Assembly: GCF_006345805.1 (NCBI RefSeq)
Contig: NW_021834058.1
Location: 1-27,147 of the forward strand
Length of the DNA stretch: 27,147 nucleotides
DNA from: Octopus sinensis
Lineage: Eukaryota
Direction of reading: 5' to 3'
Under the pieces are notes generated by a model, which was given only the letters and a program-made list of their open reading frames with translations, did not search any database and had not been told where the DNA came from. The translations under genes were made by a program, and so were the position numbers. Below, piece after piece: positions 11,551 through 22,704 of the stretch; position 1 is the stretch's first letter, and every line of letters begins with the position of its first letter.

Positions 11551-12509
11551 AATATTTACTTTACTTCAATTCAAATACAAACATCATTTAATAAAACTTT
11601 CTAACTCGCTACATTATGAAGATACTGGTACAGACTATGGGTTAGTTATATCCGCGTTATCATCATATCTGCCAAAAGTCAGAAAGAGTTTTCGTCTCAT
11701 CTCGTACTTTTTCCTAATTTTCATTCACCGGGGTTTTGTTGCAATTAGTTTGTTTCGATTTATTGAGAAAAGAAGTTATCACCTTCTGCTCGTCTTCTGT
11801 AGATGTGAGCATTCCCTCTTGCTTTGCCTCTTCAAGATCCAGGTATTTTTTTTCAAGATTTAAACTTTTTCCCCGCATTCAGTCAGCACTTGCTGTTTTA
11901 GAGCGTATACCATTTGAAATAAGGATCGATGAATTCAGCGTATAACATAGCCCAAATAATTTATAGTACACCTCACCTTATCGTAGTGCTTCGTCGATTA
12001 CCTTCGAAATCGAAACAAGGCGTAATGTTTATCTAGCGCGGAATCTTTCTACAAACGGACTGGGAAAGACTTATGAAACATACCCCATGTTTATCCATCG
12101 TCGGACAAGCTAATGAAAGAATGCTTATATTATCATTTGATTAGCTAGAAATTTTGACAAACTCTTTCACAAATCAGACGCAAACACTTCAAAAGATGGA
12201 CACCTCAGACGATATATTTCTAGATAAACTGTCTAAATATAGAGGGAAGAACAGCTTAAGCTTCAAGCTACAACTCCTTCAATCATAAGTCTGCTGGACC
12301 AAGAATGACTGGGACAAAACAAGAATAAACTGCTACGTCAACAACCTACCACAGAGATAAATACAACTACGACAGCTTCAACCTGTCCAACATAATATTG
12401 GCTTTCATACAGGACGGACGTTTCTGCAAAATATTGAATAAACGGTTGAGAACGTTTTTCATCAATTCAACATCTGTTGATGTGTTAAATGCGTATCACA
12501 TTCTGTATT

Positions 12510-12658
12510 TATATATATATATATATATATATACATATATATGCATATATATACATACATACGTATATATGCATATATGTGTATATATATATATATATAT
12601 GCATATATATGCATATATACATATATATATATATATACATATATACACATATATATGC

Positions 12659-12725
<67 letters not shown>

Positions 12726-12726
12726 T
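12510..12726. repeat. (AT)n-rich microsatellite with GCAT/ACAT interruptions
   Basis: Directly visible. Confidence 0.95.
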
Positions 12727-12971
12727 AAAATCAAATAAAAAAAAGTGTAGGACGAGTGGCATCTTTGATTAATTTGAATTCTGAAATTCTGTTTTGAACA
12801 CAGCCCGTCATTGTTTCAGAACTTATATGAACCCTATTCGCCTTCAGTATTTGCAGCCATGGTGTAATATTGTAAGCATATACATACAAATACACACCCA
12901 CATGCACACACATACATGTAGACATAACAGTATATATTACATTATGTTATATCACATTAAAATATATTTAA

Positions 12972-13073
12972 GTGCTGACATGGCTGTTTGCACTAAGAAT
13001 TTCCTTCGCAACTATGCATTCACGGGTTCAGTCTCACTGCATGCTATTTTGGAGAAGTACATATGCTCTGGCC
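12972..13073 (+). mobile_element. Degenerate SINE family C head fragment
   Basis: CATGGCTGTTTG...CGGGTTCAGTCTCACTGCATG matches CGGGTTCAGTCCCACTGCGTG at 23661-23681. Confidence 0.6.
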
Positions 13074-13159
13074 ACTGTTATCTTCATAATTAAAGGAAAC
13101 TACACTACTCACATACAGACATACGTACATACATACACATATCTATATGTATAAATATG

Positions 13160-13190
<31 letters not shown>

Positions 13191-13449
13191 ATATATATAT
13201 ATTATATATATTATATATATTATATATTATATAATAATAGTAGAACATGTTACGAAAAGAAAATATAAAATACACGTGGAAATGTAGGGTAAAATATGAA
13301 AAGTCAACGAGAATGCATATTGCAAATAGAAAAAGGCTGTTTATGACAAGTAGTGACAAATATACATTTAGATTGACTGAGGTAGTAATACGAGTCATAA
13401 AGGTCATTATTATGAGATGATTATAAGATGATAATAAAGTAAGAGAACA

Positions 13450-13488
13450 AAACGAACCAGTGGTTTACGCGAAGGCTATTCATCGTTT
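13450..13488 (-). ncRNA. Minimal type I hammerhead-like fold, A3-U8 variant, with one inserted U in GAAA
   Basis: The minus strand reads AAACG-ATGAATA-GC CTTC GC-GTAAA-CC ACT GG-TT-CGTTT. Stems I, II and III can all form. Confidence 0.35.
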
Positions 13489-13502
13489 GAACAACACTGG
13501 TT

Positions 13503-13822
13503 AATATAATATAATATATATATATTATATATATATATATATGCATAAATATGTATATATATATATCTATATATATGTCTATATATGTATGTGTATATAT
13601 GTATGTATATATAATACATATATATCTATATCTATATCTATGTATATATATATATATATAGATATCTATATATATATATAATTATATATATATATATATA
13701 TATATACATACGCACATGCGTACGTATGTACATACACACATAACATACACACATACATACATACATACATACACACATACATACATACATACATACATAC
13801 GCACATACATACATACGTACGC
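13503..13822. repeat. (AT)n then (CATA)n microsatellites
   Basis: Directly visible. Confidence 0.95.
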
Positions 13823-14189
13823 ACAATAGCAAATCAATAGTTCTGTGATATAGAGATAAAGATCTGATAATAGATTTTAGGGTATAGTTTTGGGAGTAAG
13901 CATCGTAATCACTTTCTAGCTTCGGCCGTAGGAAGTTGAAATTTGAATAGCTTTGTGATGAGGGTGGTCACTCTACATCCATCCATCGCTACAGGTTTAT
14001 AGCTTTATGTTTTATATAGTGTATGTGCGTGCATACACACACATACATACATACATACATACATACATACATACATAATACATACATACATACATACATA
14101 CATGCATACACAGGCGTATGTACGTACATGCATACGTATATACATATAAAACACATGTATGCATACATATACACACATACATACGTCAT

Positions 14190-14418
14190 ATATTGACGAA
14201 CTAACTGTTACTTCTTAGATGCAGCACAGACTTTGTCAGTGAACAGGTCGCGGAATTTAGCGACGAAATATTTTGACAAGTTAACTTAAATGTTGAAGTG
14301 AATCGAAGGCTATTGTGTGTTTCTTAAATGGCTTATAAACACCTTCCACGCTGCAATTGTTTTCGTTCAGCACACGATCTCAGACCAAATTACTTGCTAT
14401 GCGAGTACATCTCCGTAA
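14190..14418 (+). mobile_element. Probable Penelope-like terminal-repeat fragment containing a hammerhead-like fold
   Basis: A unique ~230 bp segment between (CATA)n and (AT)n that contains the fold at 14233-14279. It resembles an octopus repeat as I recall it. Confidence 0.5.
14233..14279 (+). ncRNA. Minimal type I hammerhead-like fold, G3-C8 variant
   Basis: TTGTCA-GTGAACA-G-GTCGC GGAATTTA GCGAC-GAAA-TAT-TT-TGACAA gives a perfect 6-bp stem I, a 5-bp stem II and an intact GAAA. It has one extra G and a short stem III. Confidence 0.5.
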
Positions 14419-14432
14419 TATATATATATATA

Positions 14433-15411
14433 TATATCAACAATTGAGGGTAAAATTAATTAATTATCAATTTCACCAAGTGTTCAGTATGTAAAAGGAC
14501 CATTTAAGGCGAATTCAAAATATACATTATATAATTAGGGCTTAGTAAAATAAATTACCTTTGCCACATACTGAACTTAGTAGAAATAGCAGCCAAAAAA
14601 CATTTCTTAGCATTCTACTACTTAAAGAAAATTTCTCTCAGATAATGTTTACTCCAGACAGCTCACGAGGTTTGGGGGTAAATACAGAAAAATATCACAA
14701 GTACATAGATCGTTTGAGTACGTCAACGTTTCAAGATTAGCCAAATAAAATCAGCATTTCTTTCGTCAGCTCAAAATTTCTTAATTTGGATTTGGAAACA
14801 CTAAAAAGAAGGAACTTTACCTATCAGCGAACTTGTCGCTTCAGATGAACCACTCCAACTAATCAGTGTCGACAATTCAAAATGCGCAGGCGTAAAATTC
14901 TGCACTCCCCATTCCACCCACGTGGTCTATCTAGCAAACATCATATTTTAAACCGCGAGAAACGAGGCAGTATGACCGAGAGATGAATTAAATATCAACT
15001 TGAGGGTAAAATTAATTAATTAATCAATTTCACCAAGTGTTCAGTATGTAAAAGGACCATTTAAGGCGAATTCAAAGTATTACATTATATAATTAGGGCT
15101 TAGTAAAATAAATTACTTTGCCACATACTGAACTTAGTAGAAATAGCAGCCAAAGACATTTTGAGCTGACGAAAGAAATGCTGATTTTATTTGGCTAATC
15201 TTGAAACGTTGACGTACTCAAACGATCTATGTACTTGTGATATTTTTCTGTATTTACCTCCAAACCTTCGTGAGCTGTCTGGAGTAAACATTATCTGAGA
15301 GAAATTTTCTTTAAGTCGTAGAAATGCTAAGAAAATTTTTTTTGGCTGCTATTTCTACTAAGTTCAGTATGTGGCAAAGTAATTTATTTTACTAAGCCCT
15401 AATTATATAAT
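14433..15411. mobile_element. Non-coding element with ~170-bp direct repeats plus a ~250-bp inverted copy (Penelope-like architecture)
   Basis: 14433-14604 recurs at 14992-15160 (period ~557). 14526-14777 is inverted at 15158-15411. Both ends abut (AT)n and there is no ORF. Confidence 0.75.
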
Positions 15412-15511
15412 TATATATATGTACATATATATGTCTGTATATATGTATGTGTATGTATATATATATATATTTATATATATATGTACATATATATCTATAT
15501 CTATATCTAAG

Positions 15512-15548
<37 letters not shown>

Positions 15549-15631
15549 CTTGATACAATCGTAATGGTTTCTTCAATCATTAAAACATCTTTTGTCATGG
15601 CGAGAGAGATTCAGCCAATCAGTAGCGCGTC

Positions 15632-15830
15632 ACGACGACGACGAAAAACAACATCAACAACAGCAACAATGACGACGACGATGACACGATGATGACAACA
15701 ACAACAAGCGTTCCGACGACGATGATGTCATGTTACCAAATAGGACAATGATTAGGATGATAATGATTGATGTGAAAGATTATGGCCTAAAATGATGATG
15801 ATAATGATGGTGAGGTTGACGATGATAAAA
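15632..15830. repeat. Degenerate (GAC)/(GAT)/(CAA) trinucleotide region
   Basis: Directly visible. Confidence 0.75.
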
Positions 15831-16070
15831 ATATTAGTAAAGACAAGGAAATTACTATGAAGGAAATGTATTTATAATGGTTAATAACTTTCAGTTTATA
15901 GACAGCTACGTTTTTAAAAGGATTTTTTTTTTATGTGACGATTTATCCATCGAGAAGAAAGAGAAAAGGAAAAGTAAAATGGAAAACAAATATAATACAA
16001 AGTACTGCACAAACAACACACAAACAACCAAGAAAAACAAACTAGGAATACATAGCGATAAAGTATAAGA

Positions 16071-16270
<200 letters not shown>

Positions 16271-17217
16271 CAAACGAGTGAGAGATTTGTTTCTCTGGGG
16301 ACTATTATGCAAAACTTGTACATGATTCATAAGGTCCATCATTTTAGGATATATTTTAATATTTTATAAATGTTAATCTTCCATCAACGTTAGACAGAAA
16401 ACTGTTTCTGTTTAGCTATTTGGAAGAAGAGAATAAAAAGTGTCGTTACTATCATTATTATTATTTTATTATTAATTTCTTATTTATTTACAGCAGGCTT
16501 GTTTTTTAAACGTGGTTTTACAGCATAACTAAACACAGCTATGCGAGTCTTGGTTACGTTGCTGTTTTGTTGATGTTGTTGTACATTATGCACTCTCTAC
16601 ATAATATGTGTATAGCACCATTTTCTCTCTGTGAAGTTTTGGTTATGTGTTTATATGTATATTCTTAAAATATTTTCAAAGCACTTAATATTTAAGGACT
16701 ATTTTTGATTTTGAACTCCATATTCTGCTTGTCTTTATTTCAATATCTTTATAGTGGAGTAATTTCTAAGTTTCTTCGTGATATAAATTAACGCCTGCTG
16801 TGAGTGATACACTAATCACGAAGCAGTTCACATCTTGATAATCCTTAACTTTATATATCATGTCTGTGTATATTGGCATATCCCCGGTTACAAGCATTTA
16901 AACACTATAAACAAATCATCTGATCACCTATGCTTGTTGTTCAGCAAGGAATTATGGAATCGTCTTTCTCAGACTCGAGAAATTACCAAGAATACGTACT
17001 CCAGTGTACGGTTTTCTAATTCTATGAGCCAATATCTGGTGAGTATTTATACCATTTTTGTCTGCTCTAATTAATAACGGTGTTCTAATTTTTATTGTAT
17101 GAAAACACCAGCTCCACCTTTACATGTATCATATTTTGGCCAGTACTTAACTAGAAACACAGTAATTATTGGCATTATTAAATCTCAGAATGAGATTGAA
17201 ACAGTAATCGCTCGATA

Positions 17218-17514
17218 ATGTAAAGTATAGAAGCCATCTTAACATGGATAACCACATAGGGGAGGGGGTGTTACTGTAGCTTTATAGCCCCAGGAGATCG
17301 TCGTCTCCAGCTGGCTTTAGACACCATTTCAGTGCCCTTGAAGTATTTGCAAGGCTTGCGAGGAAGGGATGGCCTCCCTTTGCAAATACTTCAAGGGCAC
17401 TGAAATGGTGTCTAAAGCCAGCTGTAGACGACGATCTCCTGATGCTATAAAGCTACAGTAACACCCCCTCCCCTATGTGGTTAGCCATGTTAAGATGGCT
17501 TCTTTACTTTACAT
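17218..17514. repeat. Long near-perfect palindrome with 135-bp arms and a 27-nt loop
   Basis: 17218-17352 versus 17380-17514, five mismatches by manual comparison. The loop contains a small AAGGGA/TCCCTT hairpin. Confidence 0.95.
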
Positions 17515-17971
17515 CACAGCAATTATTTGTTTCTACCTAACCTCTATATATTCTGCTTTTATATATGGTATTCCACGTCAAGACATATTTCCGATGTTTT
17601 CTGGTGGGATCAATTTGATCATGTATCGTAGTATAAAATTTTTCGGTGGTGACGTTCTGCTCTGTGCTTCTCAGCTAGTTAAGTATTGTAACTTTTTATT
17701 TAGTCACTTCACCTTCGAACTGTATTGGCCGCGTACGGATTTCTCTTGGCGACTATTCGGTATAAGAGTCACGTTCCCAGCTAAGTTTTAATTCCCTTTG
17801 TAACAAATCCCGTTGTTGCTTCTTCGTAATCATTCTATCGGCCTATTACTTGCATCTGTTTTATACTTTGATGGCTTTCTTCAATGTAGATACCGTTTTA
17901 TTTGAGTTCAAATTCTGTCGAGGTCATATTCGACACATTTAGACATTAATTGAAAAGATCTATCAAAGGCG

Positions 17972-18107
17972 TTCTTCTTCTTCTTCTTCTTCTTCTTCTT
18001 CTTCTTCTTCTTCTTCTTCTTCTCTTCTTCTTCTTCTTCTTCTTCTCTTCTTCTTCTTCTTCTTCTTCTTCTTCTTTCTTCTTCTCTTCTTCTCTTCTCT
18101 TCTTCCT

Positions 18108-18171
<64 letters not shown>

Positions 18172-18189
18172 CACCACCACCACCACCAC
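17972..18189. repeat. Compound trinucleotide repeat (CTT)n-(CTA)n-(CCA)n
   Basis: Directly visible; source of ORFs at 17908-18231. Confidence 0.97.
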
Positions 18190-18259
18190 TTCTGTTGCGT
18201 TTCGTCAACGTCATATCCTTTTAGTACATAAACAAATATTCTTTAAGAAACATCAGTTC

Positions 18260-18313
<54 letters not shown>

Positions 18314-18363
18314 GTCTGTCTGTCTGTCTGTCTATCTGCCTGTCTGTCTGCCTGTCTGTCTGC

Positions 18364-18441
<78 letters not shown>

Positions 18442-18480
18442 GTCTGTCTGTCTGTCTGTCTATCTGCCTGTCTGTCTGCC

Positions 18481-18561
<81 letters not shown>
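18260..18561. repeat. (CTAT)n/(CTGT)n array with a 128-bp higher-order duplication
   Basis: The marker TCTATCTGCCTGTCTGTCTGCC occurs at 18331 and 18459. Confidence 0.92.
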
Positions 18562-18566
<5 letters not shown>

Positions 18567-20069
18567 GCTTTCATTCATTTATTTATTCATTCTTTATTTT
18601 CTCACAAATTGGATCAAACAGAGGCCTTGTGGCTAAGATAAACTGGACTCGGAAAGGCGTTGGTTGCCAGATTCTGGTCACATAGGTCCACTGGTATTTG
18701 GATATTCCCTGGTGTCAGGTGAACCAGTGCACTTGCCAAAGGTTTAAGTAAGTCATGTGCCGCAAGTGTTAGCTCAGGATAGCAAGAGACTAGCAAAATA
18801 AACTATAAATTAGCCTTCTCAACAAAATATCACGTCTTTAGACTTTAATAGATAGGTCCATGATCAGTGAAGTCTGTAGCCATAGCACACGAGGAAACAG
18901 AGAGAGATAGAGATAGATAGAGAGAAGAGAGAGAGAGAGAAGCGGGGAGACAGAAGAGAGCAGACAGGAAGAGACGAGAGGAAATGAATTGTATAGCTAC
19001 TTGTGAGACAAGTTGCAGTTGTCTGTATATATGTATATATTAGTTTATACAAGAACTATATCAGAAAATGTTTTCTTTCCCATATAGATATTTTGTTTTA
19101 GTAGTGTGATATATTTTGACAAATTTTTACCGCATGATCTTTAAGGCATTCAGTCAGTATATTAGATTCTGGAAGTTTATTAAAATCTTAATCTAAAAGG
19201 ATATTTAGTCAATCCGATATAATCTTAAGAAACTAAATCATTAATGTAAATGCCTTCCCGCAATAAACGATCAACTTCGAAAGACAAATTACTTAATGGA
19301 TATTTTCTATCATTAAAACAAATTTCAAAAACGGAAAGACTTTGATGTTGGTAGCTGTCTAAAATTCCAACTATTATATGTAACTATGTAGCAAAATTTT
19401 GTGTGTAACTAAAATTTAATTTAACATTATCCCTATTAAAACACCTTATAAAATCTAAGGATTTTTGGTGAATATTTATTTGATAAAAGAAGGAAGTGTT
19501 TACCGATACGAGGACGTACATTAAAGCTAAATGAAACCTTAAACCAAATAATATTGCAATTTTTACTTTTCTGTGGCTGAAAATATATATTATTAGTTAT
19601 ATAGATAAAATTATCTTTAAAGCCATTACCTTTTAACTCTTCATTATAATGTTAGACTTATCCAACAGTTGAGTATTAATAAGTTACTTATCTTAATATG
19701 AAACACGATTTAAAATATATTTTCTAGTAGAATATAAAATATATGAACAACAAGATAAAACATTTCAGCAAAATCTAGTCTACTTATTATCATACCAACA
19801 AAATTGGCACCATTCATCTTAACATCGAGAGTTATCAAAAGAGAGCAATGATTTTATGACTTGACAAAAAACAAAAAAAAATTAACTGTCTTTCTTTTAA
19901 TGTCAGGAGGAAAGAGAGTATCCAAAACTCTTCATAGGGCACCTGAGGCTTGTTGGAGGGAAGAAACCAGAAACCTGTTTAGAATGGTTTCAGCAGAATG
20001 GACTCTGCTAGAGACATAAGGGTCCCAGGTGGTGAGGTTAAACCGAATGATGGATTGAGATTACTACCC

Positions 20070-20162
20070 ATGTATATACATAACTGTACATATATGTATG
20101 TATATGATATGTACAGTATAAGTATGCATATATCTACATCTACATCTATATATGTCTTTCTG

Positions 20163-20229
<67 letters not shown>

Positions 20230-20331
20230 GTCTGTCTGTCTGTCTGTATGTCTGTCTGTCTGTCTGTCTGTATAAGTGTGTGTACACACACACGCAGACA
20301 TACATACGTACGTACATACATACATGCATAC
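20070..20331. repeat. Mixed (TA/GTAT), (CTAT)n, (CTGT)n and (CATA)n microsatellites
   Basis: Directly visible. Confidence 0.9.
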
Positions 20332-20332
20332 A

Positions 20333-20886
20333 TGGTGGCTGCCCCCTCGTTATCGAGTATGGTCATTGCACGAAGCTTAATCAATGTTGTTATCGTGCCA
20401 TGGCTGTGCAAGAAGATTTTTTTTAAAGTGAGGAAAGGCTGTGCACTGAGTCAATCCCACTCACTAAGCAACAGCAGCCATAATCCGAAAAGAAGAACAA
20501 GTCAACATCATCGGTAACCACTGAGCCGCAGGTTTTATGCCGGAGTTATCCCAGTTACCTGAGTTACCTTCTCCTGGAAGGATGCCCTAACAAAGGCTAG
20601 GAGTCCTTCACTCCCAATGGTTTAACCGCGCGATCGGGTATTCAGTCCGTTTATTTCTATGTCCCTGCGCATGATACAACCTTAAGACATTTATTAGATG
20701 GCCGTTGACTCACAAGAGTTCCTCCGCCCTTTGACTGGTTTTGTTTTTCATCCCGCAGGGTGTCCAATAAACACTCTCCTCACCAAGCAAGCTTGGTGGA
20801 GTTGCCGGTTTAGTCGCCGACGACCCGACCATGTAACAGCTTGTACTGGGCTACATGTTACCAGTAGCACTCGAAAGTGACCTGAC
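20333..20886 (-). mobile_element. Non-autonomous RTE-derived element (RTE 5' UTR motif joined to an RTE-like 3' end, ORF absent)
   Basis: The minus strand has GCCTTTGTTAGGGCATCCTTCCAGGAGAAGGTAACTC (~20597-20561), similar to the conserved RTE 5' UTR motif. It ends in ATGACCATACTCGATAACGAGGGGGCAGCCACC, an RTE-like terminus. Confidence 0.6.
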
Positions 20887-20917
<31 letters not shown>

Positions 20918-20965
20918 TGTATGTATGTATGTATGTATGTATGTATGTATGTATGTATGTATGTA
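20887..20965. repeat. (TATG)n microsatellite
   Basis: Directly visible. Confidence 0.97.
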
Positions 20966-21127
20966 TTTATGTTAACATCCGCTGGGCAGCTAATTTCCAT
21001 AACTGTGCACAGTTTCTCTTCTCTATCCCAAATCATTATATCAGGTATGTTGTGCTTACATTTTATTGAGGTCTTCATTGGTACATTCCACCAGTATTCT
21101 TTTTTATTATGAGTGGCTATAGCTTAT
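20966..21127 (-). mobile_element. Dong/R4-like endonuclease fragment, (CATA)n-associated family
   Basis: Minus-strand translation AIATHNKKEYWWNVPMKTSIKCKHNIPDIMIWDREEKLCTVMEISCPADVNI has the PD..E motif. It is nearly identical in DNA to 22038-22111. Confidence 0.8.
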
Positions 21128-21225
21128 GTATGTATGTCAACATACATACATACATACATACATACATACATACATACATACATACATACATACATACATA
21201 CATACATACATACATACATACATAC

Positions 21226-21272
21226 ATAAGCCATAGCACTCATAGCAAAAAGGAATACTGGTGGAATGTATC
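21226..21272 (+). mobile_element. Short inverted copy of the same Dong/R4-like fragment start
   Basis: ATAAGCCATAGCACTCATAGCAAAAAGGAATACTGGTGGAATGTA matches the reverse complement of 21082-21127 with a few mismatches. Confidence 0.75.
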
Positions 21273-21419
21273 CGAACGGGATTTGAACTTAAACACAAAG
21301 GGTCGGAACCAAAGCCAGTAGACATCCGGTCCACTCTTATTACTCTTCCGTCGACACAACGTCTCGGACTGGCACATTTAATTGAGAAAGGATTAAATGC
21401 CAAGCTAACCACTCATAGG

Positions 21420-21478
21420 TTAGAGAGTCGGAACAAATACCGCTAGACATTCTGTTTGGCGCATTAACAATTACTAGT
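21420..21478 (-). mobile_element. Old degenerate SINE family B head fragment
   Basis: The reverse complement TTGTTAATGCGCCAAACAGAATGTCTAGCGGTATTT parallels TCGTTAACACGCCGGGCGAAATGCTTAGCGGTATTT at 11360-11394. Confidence 0.4.
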
Positions 21479-21649
21479 GCGCTGTTGAAGAATCGGTCAG
21501 CATGAAACTTAGAGTTGCGATTTGTGGAGTTTGAACTTCAAAGAAGTTATATTGCATTACTACAATCCATCATTGTACTTATCTCATTGTACTCTCAATT
21601 GATTAGTTCCGTACGTATATTCTTCGTATACTGATACATGACATATATA

Positions 21650-21687
<38 letters not shown>

Positions 21688-21877
21688 ATATAAGCATGCA
21701 TACACACACAACACGCGCTCGCGCGCACACACAAATTGTTTAATCAATGCTGTGTCTTTATCCAATATCCACTCAGTGTTTTTGTATAAGGAACTGGCAA
21801 AACTTCGGGAGAAACACCATGGTAACAGGGAAAATAAACTATATATACATACACATATATACACACACACACACATA

Positions 21878-21915
<38 letters not shown>

Positions 21916-22037
21916 TACATATATATATATATAAATACATATACATATATGTGCGTGTGTGTGTGCGTGTGTGTGCGTGTATGTACGTGTGTGTGCGTAT
22001 GTGTGCCTTACATGTACTCCCATATAAATGTATGTAT

Positions 22038-22436
22038 ATATAATGATTTGGGATAGAGAAGAGAAACTGCACAATACTGGAAATTTGCTGCCCAGCAGAT
22101 GTTAACATAAAGCTGAAGATCAGTGAAAAAGTGAACACGTATGTTGAACTATTGAGAAATCTGCCGTTACTCTATCCATATTACAAGTTCAGATTTATAC
22201 CTGTAATTATTGGGGCCCTGGGATATGTAACACACTGCCTAAATACCAAACTTGAGAAATTAGTCTTCTCAAAACCAGAAAGGAGAAAGCTAACTCGAAG
22301 ACTACAGATCCAATCCATCACTGCAACTGTAAAAATCTGTAAAACTTTCTAGAAGTTTATCATTGAAATATATATGAGCATGTCTAGATATGAAACTATA
22401 TGCATGAGAATACATACAAATCCGCACATACATACC

Positions 22437-22468
<32 letters not shown>

Positions 22469-22704
22469 CATACATACATACATACATACATACATACATA
22501 CATGCATACATACATACATACATGCATACATACATACATACATACATACATACGTGCATACATACATACATACATACATACATACATACAAACAGACAAA
22601 AATATCTTGTTGATATTGAAATTCCAATGAAGGAAACTTGGATCTGGTTTAGAAACCGGTTCTTCCTCTATTAGCAAGAAATCTTGCAATAAACTGAATA
22701 ATGA
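22038..22704 (+). mobile_element. Dong/R4-like retrotransposon 3' end (endonuclease C-terminus plus 3' UTR interrupted by (CATA)n)
   Basis: IMIWDREEKL / TILEICCPADVNIKLKISEKVNTYVELLRNLPLLYPYYKFRFIPVIIGALGYVTHCL...QSITATVKICKTF*. The UTR resumes after the CATA run (22425-22590), contains AATAAA and ends at GACATACATA. Confidence 0.85.

Noticed and set aside
11150-11950. Possible Gypsy gag/protease relic on the minus strand (GIRSK..SLNLEK; a DS.A-like stretch near 11170)
   Set aside because: Only vague similarity and interrupted by stops; not supportable by eye.
14755-14775. CTGACGA-AA-GAAA on the minus strand (and at 15167 on plus) as a hammerhead
   Set aside because: No stem II, stem I or cleavage triplet.
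14433-15160. LTR retrotransposon or CRISPR-like array from the direct repeats
   Set aside because: No TG..CA ends, primer-binding site, TSD or repeat-spacer periodicity, and the context is eukaryotic.
16830-17215. Possible LINE apurinic endonuclease relic on the minus strand (AITVS..., KGGAGVFI, LVTGD)
   Set aside because: The motif order is suggestive, but there are many stops and frameshifts; too weak without a profile search.
18615-18800. GC-richer island as a possible old SINE; similar islands at 4560-4670, 12130-12310 and 19900-20070
   Set aside because: Probably old interspersed repeats, but no clear diagnostic motif or reliable second copy in this window to classify them.
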